DNA of 61,807 bases, counting the filler, from Choristocarpus tenellus KU-1152 (taxonomy: Eukaryota; Protista; Phaeophyceae): NCBI GenBank assembly GCA_964200185.2. It is 8 parts of 8 records of this genome, joined end to end, with 100 filler letters (N's around TTAATTAATTAA, not from the genome) between each part and the next. Parts side by side here need not be neighbours in the genome. Positions count along the whole stretch, not along the records: positions 11,660 to 16,762 come from CAXNAD020011864.1; positions 16,863 to 20,333 come from CAXNAD020019810.1; positions 20,434 to 33,836 come from CAXNAD020001503.1; 5 more parts are not named here. The stretch is one strand, 5' to 3'. Shown here piece after piece: positions 12,450-26,700 of this stretch (the stretch's first letter is position 1; the number at the start of each line of letters is the position of its first letter). The notes beneath the pieces were generated by a model that saw only the letters and a program-made list of their open reading frames with translations, ran no database searches and was not told the origin of the DNA. The position numbers and the translations under genes were made by a program.

Positions 12450-13755
12450 GCATTCAGTGGAGACAAGATGTGCGGGAACCTGGGAGATCGGAAGGATATT
12501 GTTGAGAGATGGATTAGGGATGTCCAGACTTTCCAGAGTGCCGAGTCAGTCGAGTTAGATCTCACCTTCACAAACTCCCTCGAACCAACCCCCACTCGTT
12601 TATGAGTGAGGAGGTCCATACCAGCTTTGGCAAACACGAAAGGCTTGGGATTAGATGATCTCTCAGTAGAACTCGTGAAGCTGAGAGTTGATGATGGATC
12701 AACATCACACTACTAGTTGAGTGGCTGGCAATTGGACAAGGTAGCTCGGGGATGGAAAGATGCTGTGATCAAAACTCTTCTCAGGACAAAGAGACCATGC
12801 CGATAATGGAGGCCGCAGTGGTATCCTTCGTGGCACATGCCGTAAAGTGCTCCTTGATATGTTGCAATATACCTAAGAGGTTATGTTTGAGGTGGAGGGT
12901 ATACTGTCTGAGGAACACTGAGGATTCCGACCTCGTCAGTCAATCATTGACATAATACCTTCAACGACCAAAGAGCGCCCCTTGTGCATGTGCCGTTTTG
13001 GCCTGCAGGAGGCATATTACCCTGTCGACCACGACCTCCTTTGGACAATACTGGTCAAGTTTGGTGTGCCTGTCAATATTATTTCGATCAACGTCAATTT
13101 AGCGTCTGAATGTCATCTTGTACACAGATGGATACTGCGAAGTGCTCGGAATAGTTTGACAATGAACAAGGTTTTCGCCAAGGGTGTGTCCTTGCTCAGT
13201 TTCTACACAATCAGTTTCTTCGCAGTGCTTACTGTGGTGATCAAGATACTCGATGTTGAAAGTGATGGTCCTGAAAGCCTATGTGTACATCAAGAGAACT
13301 GGCAAGAAATACCAGACCTTTGGGAAAGGGGGGGGAAGCACAGCAACATCTTACCAACTTCTACTGTAGTGATGGTCTTATTATGGCAATGATGTGGATA
13401 TTGTGCCAAGGACTCAAGAACATTTGGTCATCAGAAGTACTGGTGTGATACACATTTGGACTATGTCAGAAAAGATGGACTACATGCATCCGGGTTTCCC
13501 CATCAAGTCACCAGATGAAATGCTGATTGAGAGTGCTCGGTAAAGGTATGAGTAGACTGACAAATATGTTTATCTTGGAGGCTAACCTGTGGTGATGCTG
13601 ATATTACCACAGGAATCCACCACCGGATCCATGGGCACAGTAACACTCCACGAAGTTTAGAATAGAGCTATGCAGTTCTGAGCATTTGACGTATCACTTG
13701 AGATGAAGATTTGGGTGCTGGCTCTAGGTCGAGACATTCAAGATTCTGTTGTACA
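12450..13755 (+). pseudogene. Non-LTR retrotransposon (LINE, RTE-like) reverse transcriptase relic
   Basis: Ordered broken motifs GLDDLSVELVKL, WKDAVIKTL, GFRPRQSIIDI, LQEAYYPVDHDLLWTILVKFGVP, QGFRQGCVLA, decayed YADD (YGND) and YVYLGG. Confidence 0.85.
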
Positions 13756-13758
13756 GCT

Positions 13759-15196
13759 GAGTCAAAGTAAACGAGAGGTACCCAAAGTTGCATTTTTAGG
13801 ATGCTGACAAATATGTGCAATATTCACCTTTTTTTCGAATGTGTACAGGATATTTCTGAATTGGGAAAATCATTAAAAAAGATAAATCAATGCTCTCAAG
13901 TCGAACTTAGCCCATCATCCATAGAAATATAGTTGAATTGCAAAAGATTGAAAAAATGGCTTAACACATGAGCCCCTGCTTTGATGACTTTGCCAACAAG
14001 TAGTCCATCACACACTCCGGTACATTGGAACCACCAGAGGAGAGTTAAAGTAAACGAGAAGTACCAGAGTTGCATTTTAAGTACCCTGACAAATCTGAGA
14101 AAAGTGTCACGATGCCGAGCTTCACCCATGTGTGCTGTCAAGAATATTATTTTTATTCATGTGTTAAAGAAGATTCGGTTGAAGAAATAACTAAGGATGA
14201 CCAGACAATGTTCGTCTTCTGAAGGATAGTAGATGTGTTTGGGTTTAAGAACTAAAATATGTAATGTGAAAGAATGTGTAGAATCCCAAGCCTTGATATA
14301 GAAATATGTCGATTAATTCCTTCTCAGTTATGTTTTAGGAGGTAGAAAGTTGGAGTGAGAAGCACAATCCAAAAGTGGGGTTGTCCTTGCCACCAAATCA
14401 TTCATATTCTATGGTTCAGTAATCACTAATTACAGATTCCTGTCAACAATACTCTTCCTATTCCACTTTGGTGACCTCTCTACATGTGATTTACCCATGA
14501 GTTTCGGCGGGCCTAAAGACACGGATCTCTGCAAGTTCCCTATCTTGGCCAGTGGTGGAGCACACACTGAAGAGAGTTGGTGATCATGGCAGCTTGCCAT
14601 TTCAAGGCATGTTGGAGGCAGTGTGACCCCTACTCACTTCTGCAGGCTGAGTACATAGCTCCAGACCCTCCAATGGAGGATACTATGTCAGCTGCAGGAA
14701 GGAGAATCCATAAATTGTTTTGGCGTAAGTCACCTGGGATTCGGTCATAGGAATCGTCAAGTTTTTGAGAAAAACGTATACCACGATGGAAGGGGGGCAT
14801 GACTTGAGCTTAAGCAAATATACGGGACCTTTTTAACTGGAATATTAAAATATTCAAGGCCACCTTGGAGGTATCACCACAACTTTTTCTCCAGTCCTTC
14901 CTTTATCTCTTTAGCTCCATACCCGCAGGTTTCCCAAACACGAAGTTCTTGGGCAAGCGAGCATTGTCCACGCACTCCACAAACCCGCAAACAGCAACCT
15001 TTGTTTGCATGTATTGCCCCAATGCTCTCGGACCTAGGTCATATTCTGAACTGTGTCGAAAATTTTTGAACAATAAAGAAAAAAGTTGTCAAGTCAAACT
15101 TAGAAACTTCAAATATGGGAGAGTTACAAAATAGTGGAAAACAAACTTGAAATGCAAATAGACCAAAACCTGGATACCTCTCATTTGCTTCGGCTC
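13759..15196. mobile_element. Larger non-autonomous element with GAG-terminal TIRs
   Basis: GAGTCAAAGTAAACGAGAGGTACCC at 13759 and inverted GGATACCTCTCATTTGCTTCGGCTC ending 15196. The left end recurs internally near 14043. No matching TSD. Confidence 0.5.
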
Positions 15197-15428
15197 GGAA
15201 AATTACATCCCAAACTCAAGGAGTCATGGTATTAAGACTCATGAACACACCCCAGAAGGTTGAAGCTGAAGGAACGGTGCTACCCGTTAGCAGTCAAGCA
15301 CCTTGAAGAGAGAGAGTTACTTGAAAATATTGACTCCAGTAGCTTTGGAGATGGACAGTGCAGTATACAGGGAGGATAAATCCGAGGTTTAGAGCTATGT
15401 TAGTGGTAGTGGTCGATCACCCCAGAAC

Positions 15429-15690
15429 CCAGGGGAGATGGCTCGTATGGACATGAAAGGCCCATTTCACCCCAACATCAATGGTTTGCAGTACTTCCAG
15501 GTCTTCATAGATGAGGTCAGTCGTGACAAGCATGTGGTGGGCCTCAAAACTCTCAGAAAGAAAAAGATGTGACTGCCTCATACATCAACAACCTGGCAAG
15601 AGGCAGAACTGTCAAGTGCATCAGTGGAGACGGTGCTGGGGAAATGGGCAGATTACTTAACTTCCAACTAATGCTCGCCGAAAGAGTGAT
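15429..15690 (+). pseudogene. Copia integrase core remnant
   Basis: PGEMARMDMKGPFHPNINGLQYFQVFIDEVSRDKHVVGLK ... VKCISGDGAGEMG matches rve D..GP / FID..SR / D.GxE motifs. Confidence 0.8.
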
Positions 15691-16433
15691 CAAACTTGAC
15701 CCATTGTCTCCTCAGGTGAACTGAGGCAGGGACCCATTGCTGGCAAAGTTTGATCGAGATACTCATTTTTTTCTGCTTGGTGGTGGGGTTTTAATCCTCA
15801 AAGGAAAAATCATCGGCATGCTCAACAATCGTTTGATGACGGTAGAATTGGTCTACAGGGTGGCCTATGATGGCCATGACATCAACAAATTGGCATGAGG
15901 AGTATTAAAGCACACACTTGAGGAAGATATTGAGGTAGATGTTGTACAGCTACAAGAGCTTATCAATAGGGAACGCAAGGAACTAGAGGAAGCACATCTA
16001 CATAAGAAGAAAGGGAAGGATGACCAGAAGAGGTGAGAGAAGGAAACTAAATACTACACCCCTCAAGGACCGAGCTCATTGGCTACATCCTGAGCAAGGG
16101 AACAACTGCATCTTAGATGGCTTGAAACATTACACTGATCATTGAATGGCAATGCCCACTCCTCTATTCAGAGGTTGTGGACAGGGGACTGTACTAGCTA
16201 AATTTGAGGGTCATAGGATGAAGGGCACAGTGTCCGTGTACCAACCCTTTTCCACGATGTAAACACTTTGCAGAATAGCCCCCCCTTTGAGATGGAACAG
16301 GACGATGGTAAGAAGTGGAATGTCCAACTGCTAGTACAAGGCTACAAAAGCGACCAGAGAGCACCTGTGGGTAGATGATTCTGGAAAACTCAAGCGTCAT
16401 ATTTGTAGAGGATCACACAGGTTGTGTTCTTTT

Positions 16434-16762
16434 GACCCAAAGCATTGAAGACGGTAGGGCCGTGTCTGTTCGGCATCATAAATCCAATGTTGCGATTTTG
16501 ACGAAATTTGGCTATCCTGTTTGTTAGCAAGTGCCACTATCCTTGCTCTGGACACACCTTTAATAGTCGTATATATTTTTGGTAACTGTGTTCACACAGA
16601 AAACCGAAAACGTTCACATTAAACCAGTGGGAAGTCAAGCCCCGAACGGAGAAACAGGGCAAATCTCCTAGGGTCAAAGTATCTAGGGGGGGGGGTGGTT
16701 TGGGAGGGGGCGTCCGTTTCGGCCAAACAACCCTTTTTCTTGCTGAAATTTCAAATCCGACC
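16434..16762. mobile_element. GRG-family MITE copy (16434-16670) abutting a second related end (from 16671)
   Basis: Homologous to 2319-2576. It is followed by GGGTCAAAGTATCTAGGGG, like the ends of the 18987 element. Confidence 0.75.
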
Positions 16763-16862
16763 NNNNNNNNNNNNNNNNNNNNNNNNNNNNNNNNNNNNNN
16801 NNNNNNTTAATTAATTAANNNNNNNNNNNNNNNNNNNNNNNNNNNNNNNNNNNNNNNNNNNN
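16763..16862. other. Artificial contig spacer
   Basis: N44-TTAATTAATTAA-N44. Confidence 0.98.
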
Positions 16863-18986
16863 AAGAAAGAAGCGGTGCATGTGGTTTTCTTATTTATAAT
16901 ATTATAGGTGTGTGTATGTGTTAGGGGGGGGGGGGGGGGGGGGGGGAGAAAGAAGATTTTTTTAAATTTCAAATATGACTGTGCATTATATGCTTGGTAT
17001 TCTGTTTGATGAGGAGGGAGGCAGGATTGAGGAGCTCCTCTGATATGCTTACACATGTTGCATGAATTTTGCACCTCCAAGCCATTAACATGACTCACTT
17101 TTATTTTTTGAAAGACTACCTGTGTTTGAAACTTGGTCGGGATAATCCTCTTCTGTTCATGGCCCAACAATCCAGAAGACTATCTCTCATTTCAATGTCT
17201 ACCTGTTTTGTCTCCACCCCAAAATTGTATTTCCTTTCGTGTTGTTCTGCTCCACTATGGTATGCTAAAGACCCTTTCAATTCTTGCTTTATCACTCTAC
17301 ACCTCTCAGATCCGACCAATCCCATGAGGGCTATCTTATGGGACTAAGAAAGAGGAAATTGGAGTGGGGCAGGACAAGTGCAATTCCAATTATTGCTTCG
17401 TGGGCAGGATAGGGAGGGAGTGTGATGAGATAGGAGGGGGGAGCTTGATTGCAGCAACTTATTGCCTCAACAGTAGTTCAGATGGGAACTGGGGAGGTAC
17501 ATTTTCTCCAAGGGGTTGTCTCTTTACTCAGGTGGCGAAGACCACACCAGCATGCAACTTTGACCAACAACATGGATGAATGTCTATGTTTTGTGCATCC
17601 TTGCTTGTGCTGCTGATATATATATATATGTAGCGCACCTTGCTACTGGTGGCCACAGAGCTGAGACTGAGAGAGGGGTCTGCTTGGTCACCTTTGTGGT
17701 GGTTGGTGGACTAAACCAAGAGAGCGTTGTGCAAACAAGAATGGAGGATATCCTTCACAGCTTACTGTGTAGGAGATCAGGGGTGTGGTAGGAATCTGAT
17801 GTAAGAAGAAAAGAGGGCCTGCAGCTATTGCTATGTTTGCTGTGCTGCCCCTTCATCCTTTGATATGGAAATGGCTCCTTGCCTTGCTTGTCCTCTGTAA
17901 GGCGAGGAGTAGACCAGGATTCATCATGGAGGCCAGGGTGACTATCTTTGAAGCATGTGGCTGAAACATAAATCAATAATTTGATTTTTGTGATGAGGAC
18001 TCAGGAAAGGTGGTTGTTGTCTTGCACTACTCTATATGGTGTTGTAACGCCACATACACAGGATTTATATTTTTCCCATTTTGAGGGATGTAGGTCTTCA
18101 GCCTGTTATTGTAGTGTAGCTTGGGGATAGGCGCAACATCCTCCATTGACTGAGCAATGCAATAGTATACTGTGCTAGAGGTGGGAGCCATCTTGCATAT
18201 TGTCCCAGTTGGCTGAAAAGCGTACCTTTTCTCACTCTCTGCCCTCAACACTGCCTCTTGCTAAAGAAATGTATGCCAACAGGCAAGGAAATAGGCAAAT
18301 AGATTTTTCTATGAGATAGTAATCATGAAGGTTGAGGAGTACTCTATTGGCGAAGCATGGTACACTATGTTCTTGTCCAACTACTTTTTATTGCCTTATC
18401 CTACCTGGAAAGCATTTGTGGGTGGGGAGGAGGGTGGTTGTGTGAAAAGTTGCTTGTGTGCAGGTGTTGTGCGAAGCTATACCTGGTTAATTGTTGTTCG
18501 CGTTGATTATGATCTAGTGTGAAAGACCTGTCAAGAATGAATACCGTGTGGTTGTGGTGGCTGGAGTAGGCATAGCAGAGAATCGATCTGGCTGCTTTTT
18601 GGGTCGTGTAGATGAAATTAAAGACTCTAGAAAAAGATGTCATTTTCCTTCAATTGGGGGAAAATACTGCAATGACTTATCAGGTAGAAGATCATACTGC
18701 AACCAATTCTCTCACCCCTATTTGTGTGGAGTTTCCTCCTTCCTCACCCATGTGGTGGTTGAGTGGTTTTGATGTCTTGATAGAGTGGAAAGTGATTTAG
18801 TTCATTGCCTTATTATGGCTTCTATTAACCGCAACACTTCACAACTTTGTTGAAGTACTTGGGAGTAGTACACAACCATTTCTTGAGACTACATAAAACA
18901 CATGGAAGAGCAGTGTGCACAAATGCAACTATTAAATGCAAGATGCACATTTACGTGATGGGGGTCAAAACTGAGGTTGATGTTAA

Positions 18987-19206
18987 GGGTCAAATTATCT
19001 GGGGGGGGTCCCGGCGTCCGTTTTTTACCCTGGCTCAAAGTATCAGGGGAGGGTGGCGGCTGTCCGTTTGAGGCCAATTTTTTTCATGTCTCGGTTTTTG
19101 GGTGATTTGTTTCCATACGTTGGATGGATAATGAAAGTGCACTTTTCCTGGTTTTGGTCCAAATGGACACTCTGGTGGAGATCCCCCCCCCCAGATACTT
19201 TGGGTC
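18987..19206. mobile_element. MITE flanked by TTAA duplication
   Basis: TTAA|GGGTCAAATTATCTGGGGG ... CCCCCAGATACTTTGGGTC|TTAA. Confidence 0.7.
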
Positions 19207-20333
19207 TTAATTTTGGAACGCATTCTCTTGTATTTCCTCAACGTGAAGTCCTTGCGCAACTCTCACTGAGAATTTTTGAAGTGGGCATGCACTAAAATGC
19301 GGAGAAGGTAGGTGCAAACTGGCTCTATGTTCTGTCGTACGTGATTCATGGGTATCTATACATACATGAAGCTGTCTGAAAATAAACCCATCTAGGTTCC
19401 TGCTGTGGAGAGACAGATTCCAGTTAACCTCCAGTTGAGTGAGTAATGTGGGGATGAGTATGAAAACTCTTGATTATAGAGTTGAGTTATTTCAATTTGT
19501 GATAGGAGCCCACCCAATCATCCTCCGACTGTTGCTACTCTTTTGTTCCACCCTCCATAAATAATAGGGTAGTAGTTGTACTTATCACCTACATATCATT
19601 TAGGGTTTGGAGCCTACGGTGAAGTGTTGGATTCCAGAGGGTGGAAAACGCAACAGTAGGTGATCGTATAATTGCAACCTAAACAAGACAAGTACTTTAG
19701 ACAAAAATGGGAGAGAAATCCCCTCTCATTCGGACATTTGGTCAGCTCTTACTACCCTTGAGGTCTCAAAGGTCAAAATAATGTTTCCCACACAGTTTAT
19801 GTGATAGTCATCTTGTTCAAGCACCTTCATTTCGTGACTAAAGACTGCAGAAAATGATGCATGGTCATTACAATGCAGCATGAACCATCATACAGTGATA
19901 ACTGGCAACACATCTTTTATACTCCCTTCCCCTTCTTCAATGGTCTCGTACTTCAAATTTGTTGGCATCTTCCCTCAAATATTTTCTTCATAATAACCTC
20001 ACTTCCTAACTTTCATGAATTACAACCACATCTTCACAACATCAACATTGTTATTATGGTGTGTGAAGTTGCAAATACTAGAACCTTCTTTAATGTGGAA
20101 AGCATGTTTGCCTGTTATTATACCTTTATTGCCATATACCGTTTTACCGTGGTACCGGTTGAGGTTCCCAGTCAAGAGTCCATGATTTCACGGATAGACT
20201 TTCTGCAAAATGTCAGAGTGCACAATAATAATAATAATATATAGATAGACTTTCTGTCAGAATGTCACACATGGAAGATCCACTTTGTTCTCACGTCTTG
20301 ACTGATGGTGATGAAGCCCCATCTTTGATGGTG

Positions 20334-20433
20334 NNNNNNNNNNNNNNNNNNNNNNNNNNNNNNNNNNNNNNNNNNNNTTAATTAATTAANNNNNNNNNNN
20401 NNNNNNNNNNNNNNNNNNNNNNNNNNNNNNNNN
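20334..20433. other. Artificial contig spacer
   Basis: N44-TTAATTAATTAA-N44. Confidence 0.98.
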
Positions 20434-20723
20434 CCCCCCCCAAATACTTTGAGCCCTTGCATGTATTCGTGTAGAGTTCCAAGTACTGCTTCTTAGGCCA
20501 CATTTGCTAGAATAAGTTGCATGCAAAGTACTGCGTTGAACGAATCGCACACTGACCCTTTGTTTCTCTCCTCCATCGATCATCTTCACACTATTTGCTT
20601 CCTGCACATTGTTATCCTGAACTGCTCCTCAAGATTGAATTCCAGCCAAATCATTTCCGCTCCATTACTTAAGTCACCATAGTTGATGGCCAGCTACTTC
20701 TCATTCAATATACTTTTGTGCAC

Positions 20724-23700
20724 CTGGTATGTAACATTGAGCCTATGCACTCCGGCAATGTATGGCGTATATTCCATTCGGAATGTATTCCCTTCTCCTA
20801 TCTGCTGCCTTGGCATTGATCCTGAACCCCGCCACTGCTCTTCTGAACCCAAGAGGTTCAGGTTTTGGAGGTCTAGTGTAGCAGTTACAGTCCTGGGTCC
20901 TCGACTCATCCCATCCCCGCCCTCCTCCACCACTTCAAGAACTGCTTCAAAGAGGTCAGCTCGGGTAACATCTGGATCCAACTCGTCTGATCTTGAGTTC
21001 CCAAAGGAATCTCTGCCTTGGGTTTATGTAGGAGGTGAAAATTAGGGGAAAGAAGTTGGAATTGTGCTCGGAACAGGTTTTCCCCTGGCACTTTGTGGAG
21101 ACTAGGTAGTTTGTGCATGAGGGGTAGTATTAGGTAGTGTTACCTGCACAAAAAGCAGACGACTTGGAAATTATTTTCTTTGAAGGCCACCTTACCCATG
21201 GAGGTTATTTTCTCCAACCCCAAAAATCCATAACCCACCTGGGGGTGATAATAAAAGAGGTAGGCAATGCTGCAACAGCTGTGACAAGACCACTCCCAAA
21301 GGCCTCGCTCAATTCCCCATCTGTAGGAGCAGAACGGATTGAAAGGGAAAAAGGGCTTCCACTTATCTCTCTTACCCTGTCCTCAGAAAGGCAGCCAGAG
21401 CAGAAATTTGGGATGAGAGGGGGGGAGGACTGGACTTGTAATCATCAATGTTGAAATTCCTTCTTGATTTTCTTTGACCTCTGAATTTGAAAATAAGTAG
21501 CAGAAACGCAGAAGGAGAGTCAAAACACAATGCTATGGACAATGAGGGGGTCAGAGGGACTGTCCGACAAGTCCACGGAAGCTTAGGCATTCAGCATGTT
21601 TTAATCTCTCTATTACTCTCCTCGAACAATTCAATATTGAAGTCCACAATGAAGACTAGTGTTCCAATAGGCACCTCTCGCATGATTTTTCGAAATGAGC
21701 CAAAACCTTCTCCCCATACTACATCTCAAGGACAGTCTTCTAGTTGGAGGTATTCAACACGATGTTTTCCTTTTTGACTTTTTCATTGCATCACCACAAA
21801 TGATCTACCTCGGAAATAACTCCCGCATTTGGGTTTTGGAGCAAGAGCAGTGACTGATGAATATTGCCAAAAATGATTGCTACACTAACGATACACAAAT
21901 CTGATGCAAGTTCCCATTTGTCAAGAAGCACTCAGACGGACGCTGAGCTATTAGCTCTTCCAAATCTTCCAAATAATACTTGGGCACTGAAACAATGTCA
22001 AGCTCTCCTCTGCTTTCTACAACATCGTGCATGAGAAAATAGCTTAGAGGGCTTGTAGGGTAGATAACTTCTGGACTTCTGCCTGCACTTTCAAATGATA
22101 TAGGAGTACCTAGTGTTGGTCAAGACGCAGGAGTTTTCTGGAGTTCTGAATGTTGTCGAGCACTTGGGTTCAGCACTTACGATATATTTGGCTAAGTCTG
22201 CGTAACTGGTTCATACACAGACGGATGAGTGAAGCCTACCATGATGGTGGTTACATTACCCTGCAACCCAGCGAAGAGAAGAGGTTGGAATAAGCAGGTA
22301 ATCCAGTGGAGTTCTAGTTTTGCTAAACTGGGAGGACTATCAATAAATGATAGCAATATCACTCTCAAACACCTCAATGTAGCAGTAGGACAAGTAAAGA
22401 TCAGCTCTAATCTTGCACTGTTAACCACCTTTCACCTATCTGCATTAGTAGATATTTTCACCTTTTCGTCATTGCCTCGGAATCTCCTACAACAAGAGAA
22501 TGAGCCCATGTGATCTACTCCAAAATATCTTACCAGTAGAGGTTTTCTGCAGGGATGGTCTCCATTTGCACACTGGGACTCGACCAGACAAGGGCCACGG
22601 CTGCCTCTTCTGTGTATTCCCTTTATAGCAAGGGACATTGTGGGGCCGGGGGAGCAAAGAATACACAGATGTAGGAGCATATTGACTGGACATTCAAATA
22701 CGGTCAAAGAATATGGTGAGGTTTTTCTCCTGGGGAGACGGAGTCAAAGGGGATCAGCATATACAGAAAGGTTATTGTTGTTTTGAAGGAAATAGTTGGG
22801 AGGTGTGTTAAGGTCTGTGCAGTGCTGGAGCCCTATGGGTGTGTTACAGGAATTTAATGTGTGATGATTATATGCAGTTCTGGTTGGGCAAGGGATGCAG
22901 AGGGTATGTACAAGAGGGAAGGGAGTGAGGGGAGAGGTTCAATCTACGACAAGGTAGAAAGGTTGAATATACTTTCTCATATAGCTGATTTTGAAGAAAG
23001 ATTATTATTTTGAAGGTCTATGCTCATGGTAAGAGAAAAGTGAAATCTATTTTCCCATCACGAAGATATGATTGCGCGAATGAATGAGATGGTCTCCAGA
23101 GTGCAACTTGAAACACACTATACTATAAGTACAACTCACAAATCTCGGCAGCACTATCCCTCCATCACTTCCCCTGTGTTCTATTCCCGGTCCTCCTTCA
23201 TATGTCCTACTAAACACTCTGGCTCCCACCTCTTTCTCTGCAAGAGTCCTTGCTTCCCCACACACCACCTCCCACATTCACAACTTTCAACCAACCATGA
23301 ACAGGTTCATGTCCCTTACCTATACTCCAGCACCACTTCATGCATCCACCCAGTGGTCATGTTCACTTCAGCATACCCGTTGCCACTCCCTGGACTTGTA
23401 CTTGAGTCAACATCTACAAGGAGGATCCCGTCCATCCAGAGCCGAGCTGTGTCCCCATCCCCAAGGGTTTCCACGCTCAACAGGAAGGCCTCAGTAAAGT
23501 CTGGCCGGATGTAGCCTGCCCAACGAACTCCAACATAGTCAGTGGCAGTTCCGGCCACAGGTCCGTCACTCCATGTGAAGTTCACAGTCCTGAATGACAC
23601 AGATGCAAAAGGCAAAAGGGATTAAGGCGCTCATATTTTAGAAGGCAACCGCATTATTGTGTATGGATAAGGTCAGAGAGGTCTAAAGGCGAGGGAGAGG

Positions 23701-26700
23701 AAGCATCTTAGAGGGTACGAGTTTCCCCTGTTTGTCCATTTGGGGCTTGGCTTCCAATGGTCTCTTTATATGACATTTTCCTACTCCAAATGTTTTGGAG
23801 TAGGAAAAATATATATACGTTATGAAAAGCTGTGTCTGGAACAAGGATATTGACACTTCCTATTTGACAAGGATATTGACCTTGTTAGGGTACTCCCTGG
23901 GTCCAGTATCAGCTGGATAACAGCAGGAAAGGTCATTCATACAGTATACAGACAATCCTAGGCCTACCTGTTACCCACACATATCATTACTCTCCTACGC
24001 ATGATGTCTTCCTCTCTCTTTTTTTAACTACTCTATGCTGCAATGTTGAGGTGTGCTGCACAGAGGATGGCTCATCCCTTTTCTACCGTCCAATGTCCTC
24101 ACAAGCACTGTAGTAACAGAACACAAATAACACATGACTGCTCAGAACTTGACATCATCTCCTACTGTCAGAAACAAACCTATAGACCATATTTTTAGTC
24201 ACCAGATTATCAGATATCCTATTTGCACACACAAACGTGATGCCCAGATGCAGAGGGTGTGGGTTTGGTCATGAACAGACACATCCACACCAATAGAAAG
24301 CAAGATGTTTCACACTGAGAAACATATGTTTTGATATGTGACTATTCTCAGGCATGTACATAGGCTTGCGGTTTAGTCAGCCATATAGCATGACTGCAGA
24401 AAAAAACATCAATAAATATCGAGGTTTTAGCCTACACGGTCACATACCGTCATACCAACCCAATCACTCTAGCTGTGTTGAGTTGGCGCCCATATTTTGG
24501 AGTCCATACCACCTGCCTCCCCACAGACGAATAGTCTCTGTCTCATTTTCTCATACGAACCCTGGTTTGTCCTATCTCTCCTTCATTCCCTCACTCTTAC
24601 ATCCTTTATTTGTTCTCTTCCTCTCCCTTCTAGACACAGTGTCTCTTGAGTGATAGTTTTTCCCTATGCCCCCCTAAAGAGTTTTGCAATCTGCTTTCTC
24701 AACGAGTCTTGCCTGTCTACTCTCCAAAAATCTCTCTCTAGCCAGAAGACATTGCTAAAATAACTTCCCATCAGGCCCCCAGCAACACATAGTTCGACAT
24801 GCAGAAGAAACTCCCCAGCTGCATTGACCTTTAAAAGGAGGAAGTTCAGGGAAGGACATGGTCAATTGGTGATAACTGGGTGAGGGACTAGCAACTCAAA
24901 AAGTTGTACGGGTTGAGGGTTAGGGGAGGATTACTGGAGCAATGTTTTTTTTTGCTTCGCACAGTGTGTGTGTTGCCATGGTAAATGCAATACAGATTCC
25001 ACACACATTTCTCGGACAATTGATCATGATTGATGTGAAAAGATAGTTGGTAAACGGCATGACAAGAAATATGAGAAAAAGCATTGGCGATACAAAGAAG
25101 ATTCCATAGTACTAAAGTCATTGGTTACCCTCATAGACATAACATATACTGAACAAACCGCTACAATATGATGTATGCTATTGTGTAGATATTGAGCTGG
25201 TGCAGAGGCAGGGTTAGGGTGGAGAACATAGATGTATCAAGGGACATTTAATCCTTTACAACAAAGTGCTGCATAGGAACCAAAAGCTCTATTTTGGAGT
25301 GGCTAAGTTTGTTGGAGAGGAATTGAATGCCCCTCTTTATATATTGCCTCGTACCTTGCGCCTTATGGTATAATTTCCGTTGCCTTCATCCTTCACCCAT
25401 GCTGAGGTAATGACTGCGGCTGGAGGTGTAACGCCTTGGATGTACTTGAGTTGTGAGTGTAGAGGAGAAGAGAGTGAGGACTTCGGTAGGATTTATACAC
25501 AGCAGAGATTATTTAGGAAGTTGAAACCATTCATGGGCTCAATAAACAACTCGTCCTTTGAAAGCACCTGTGTGTTCCCATTGTAAGCAGCTATCTCGAA
25601 TAGAATGGTGATTGTACTCACTTCATCATCATAGACATCCTCTACCCAAGCTGTGTAGATGTCGCCCCCTTCCCCCCTTGGCTGCCCCTCCGAGTCCATG
25701 CTCACCAGGGTCAGGTTCCCCGTTTCCCCCGCCACCCCCTCTACCTTCTTAGTTCCCAATGCATGTTCCCCTGTGATATTTGTGATATGTCCTATGGCCC
25801 AGGTGAGGGATGGGTCAGTGGATCCATTGCGGTCCCCGTCTATGATCTCAACAGATGTCTTCCTCTGTGCCCCCAGGCGTGCTCCTCCTCTAGGGTTTTC
25901 CAGCAAAAGATTGAATGTTTCGTCTGACTCTGGGATCCCATCTTGATGAATAGATAGGAGGAAGGACATTTCAGTTGTACCTGACTCAAACACCAAGGTT
26001 GTGCTGTTGAATGCGCGCGCATGGGTGGGAGGAGGAAAGCAAAGGGTGGATCTGGAGGGCAGATCTTTTTTGGGTGGAAACGAAACAAAAAGGAACGGAT
26101 CAAATGAATGACTGATGGATTAGGGGGTAGAAGTGCAAGCGGTGTGCGGGGTGGGTGCTCTATACACAGCAATGCAAACAAATACGGGTTGGCAAATGTC
26201 ATGTCAAGTCCTGGTATCAACTATTACCGGCCTCACACGCTATACTGTTCAATAGCAATGTTCACTGTCGATCAAAACCACATGCACCATCGTTTTTTTT
26301 TTTCTATCTCTTCTTCTCTATCCATCAACCTTGACACATTCTTTGCCCCCATGTTCAAAAGTATGAAGCTCAGGCGGTGCCCCTAGCCCGAACTCTGGGT
26401 CAATAAGATATACCTCTTCATTTCAGAACTGCAAACCCATGCACTCTACATCACATTGCCAATATCTTGATAGCTTTTTCTATCCCTGTCCCATAAACCC
26501 TCACCTTGAAGTGTATGGGGCAAACGCGGTGACATCGCTGTCATTGGTCGTAACATGCCTGAGGCGGTAGGTGACCTCAACTCTTCCATACCCTCCACCA
26601 GTCCGAGAAACTGAGATGCGAACTGTCCCATTCCCTTTCCCTGGACTGCCCTCAAAAGCCCGGTAAGATGGGGAGTTGAAGGACAAGATGCCCTCGTGCC

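Noticed and set aside
17060-18900. Possible decayed LINE fragments
   Set aside because: Only faint motif resemblance; cannot be supported without a search.
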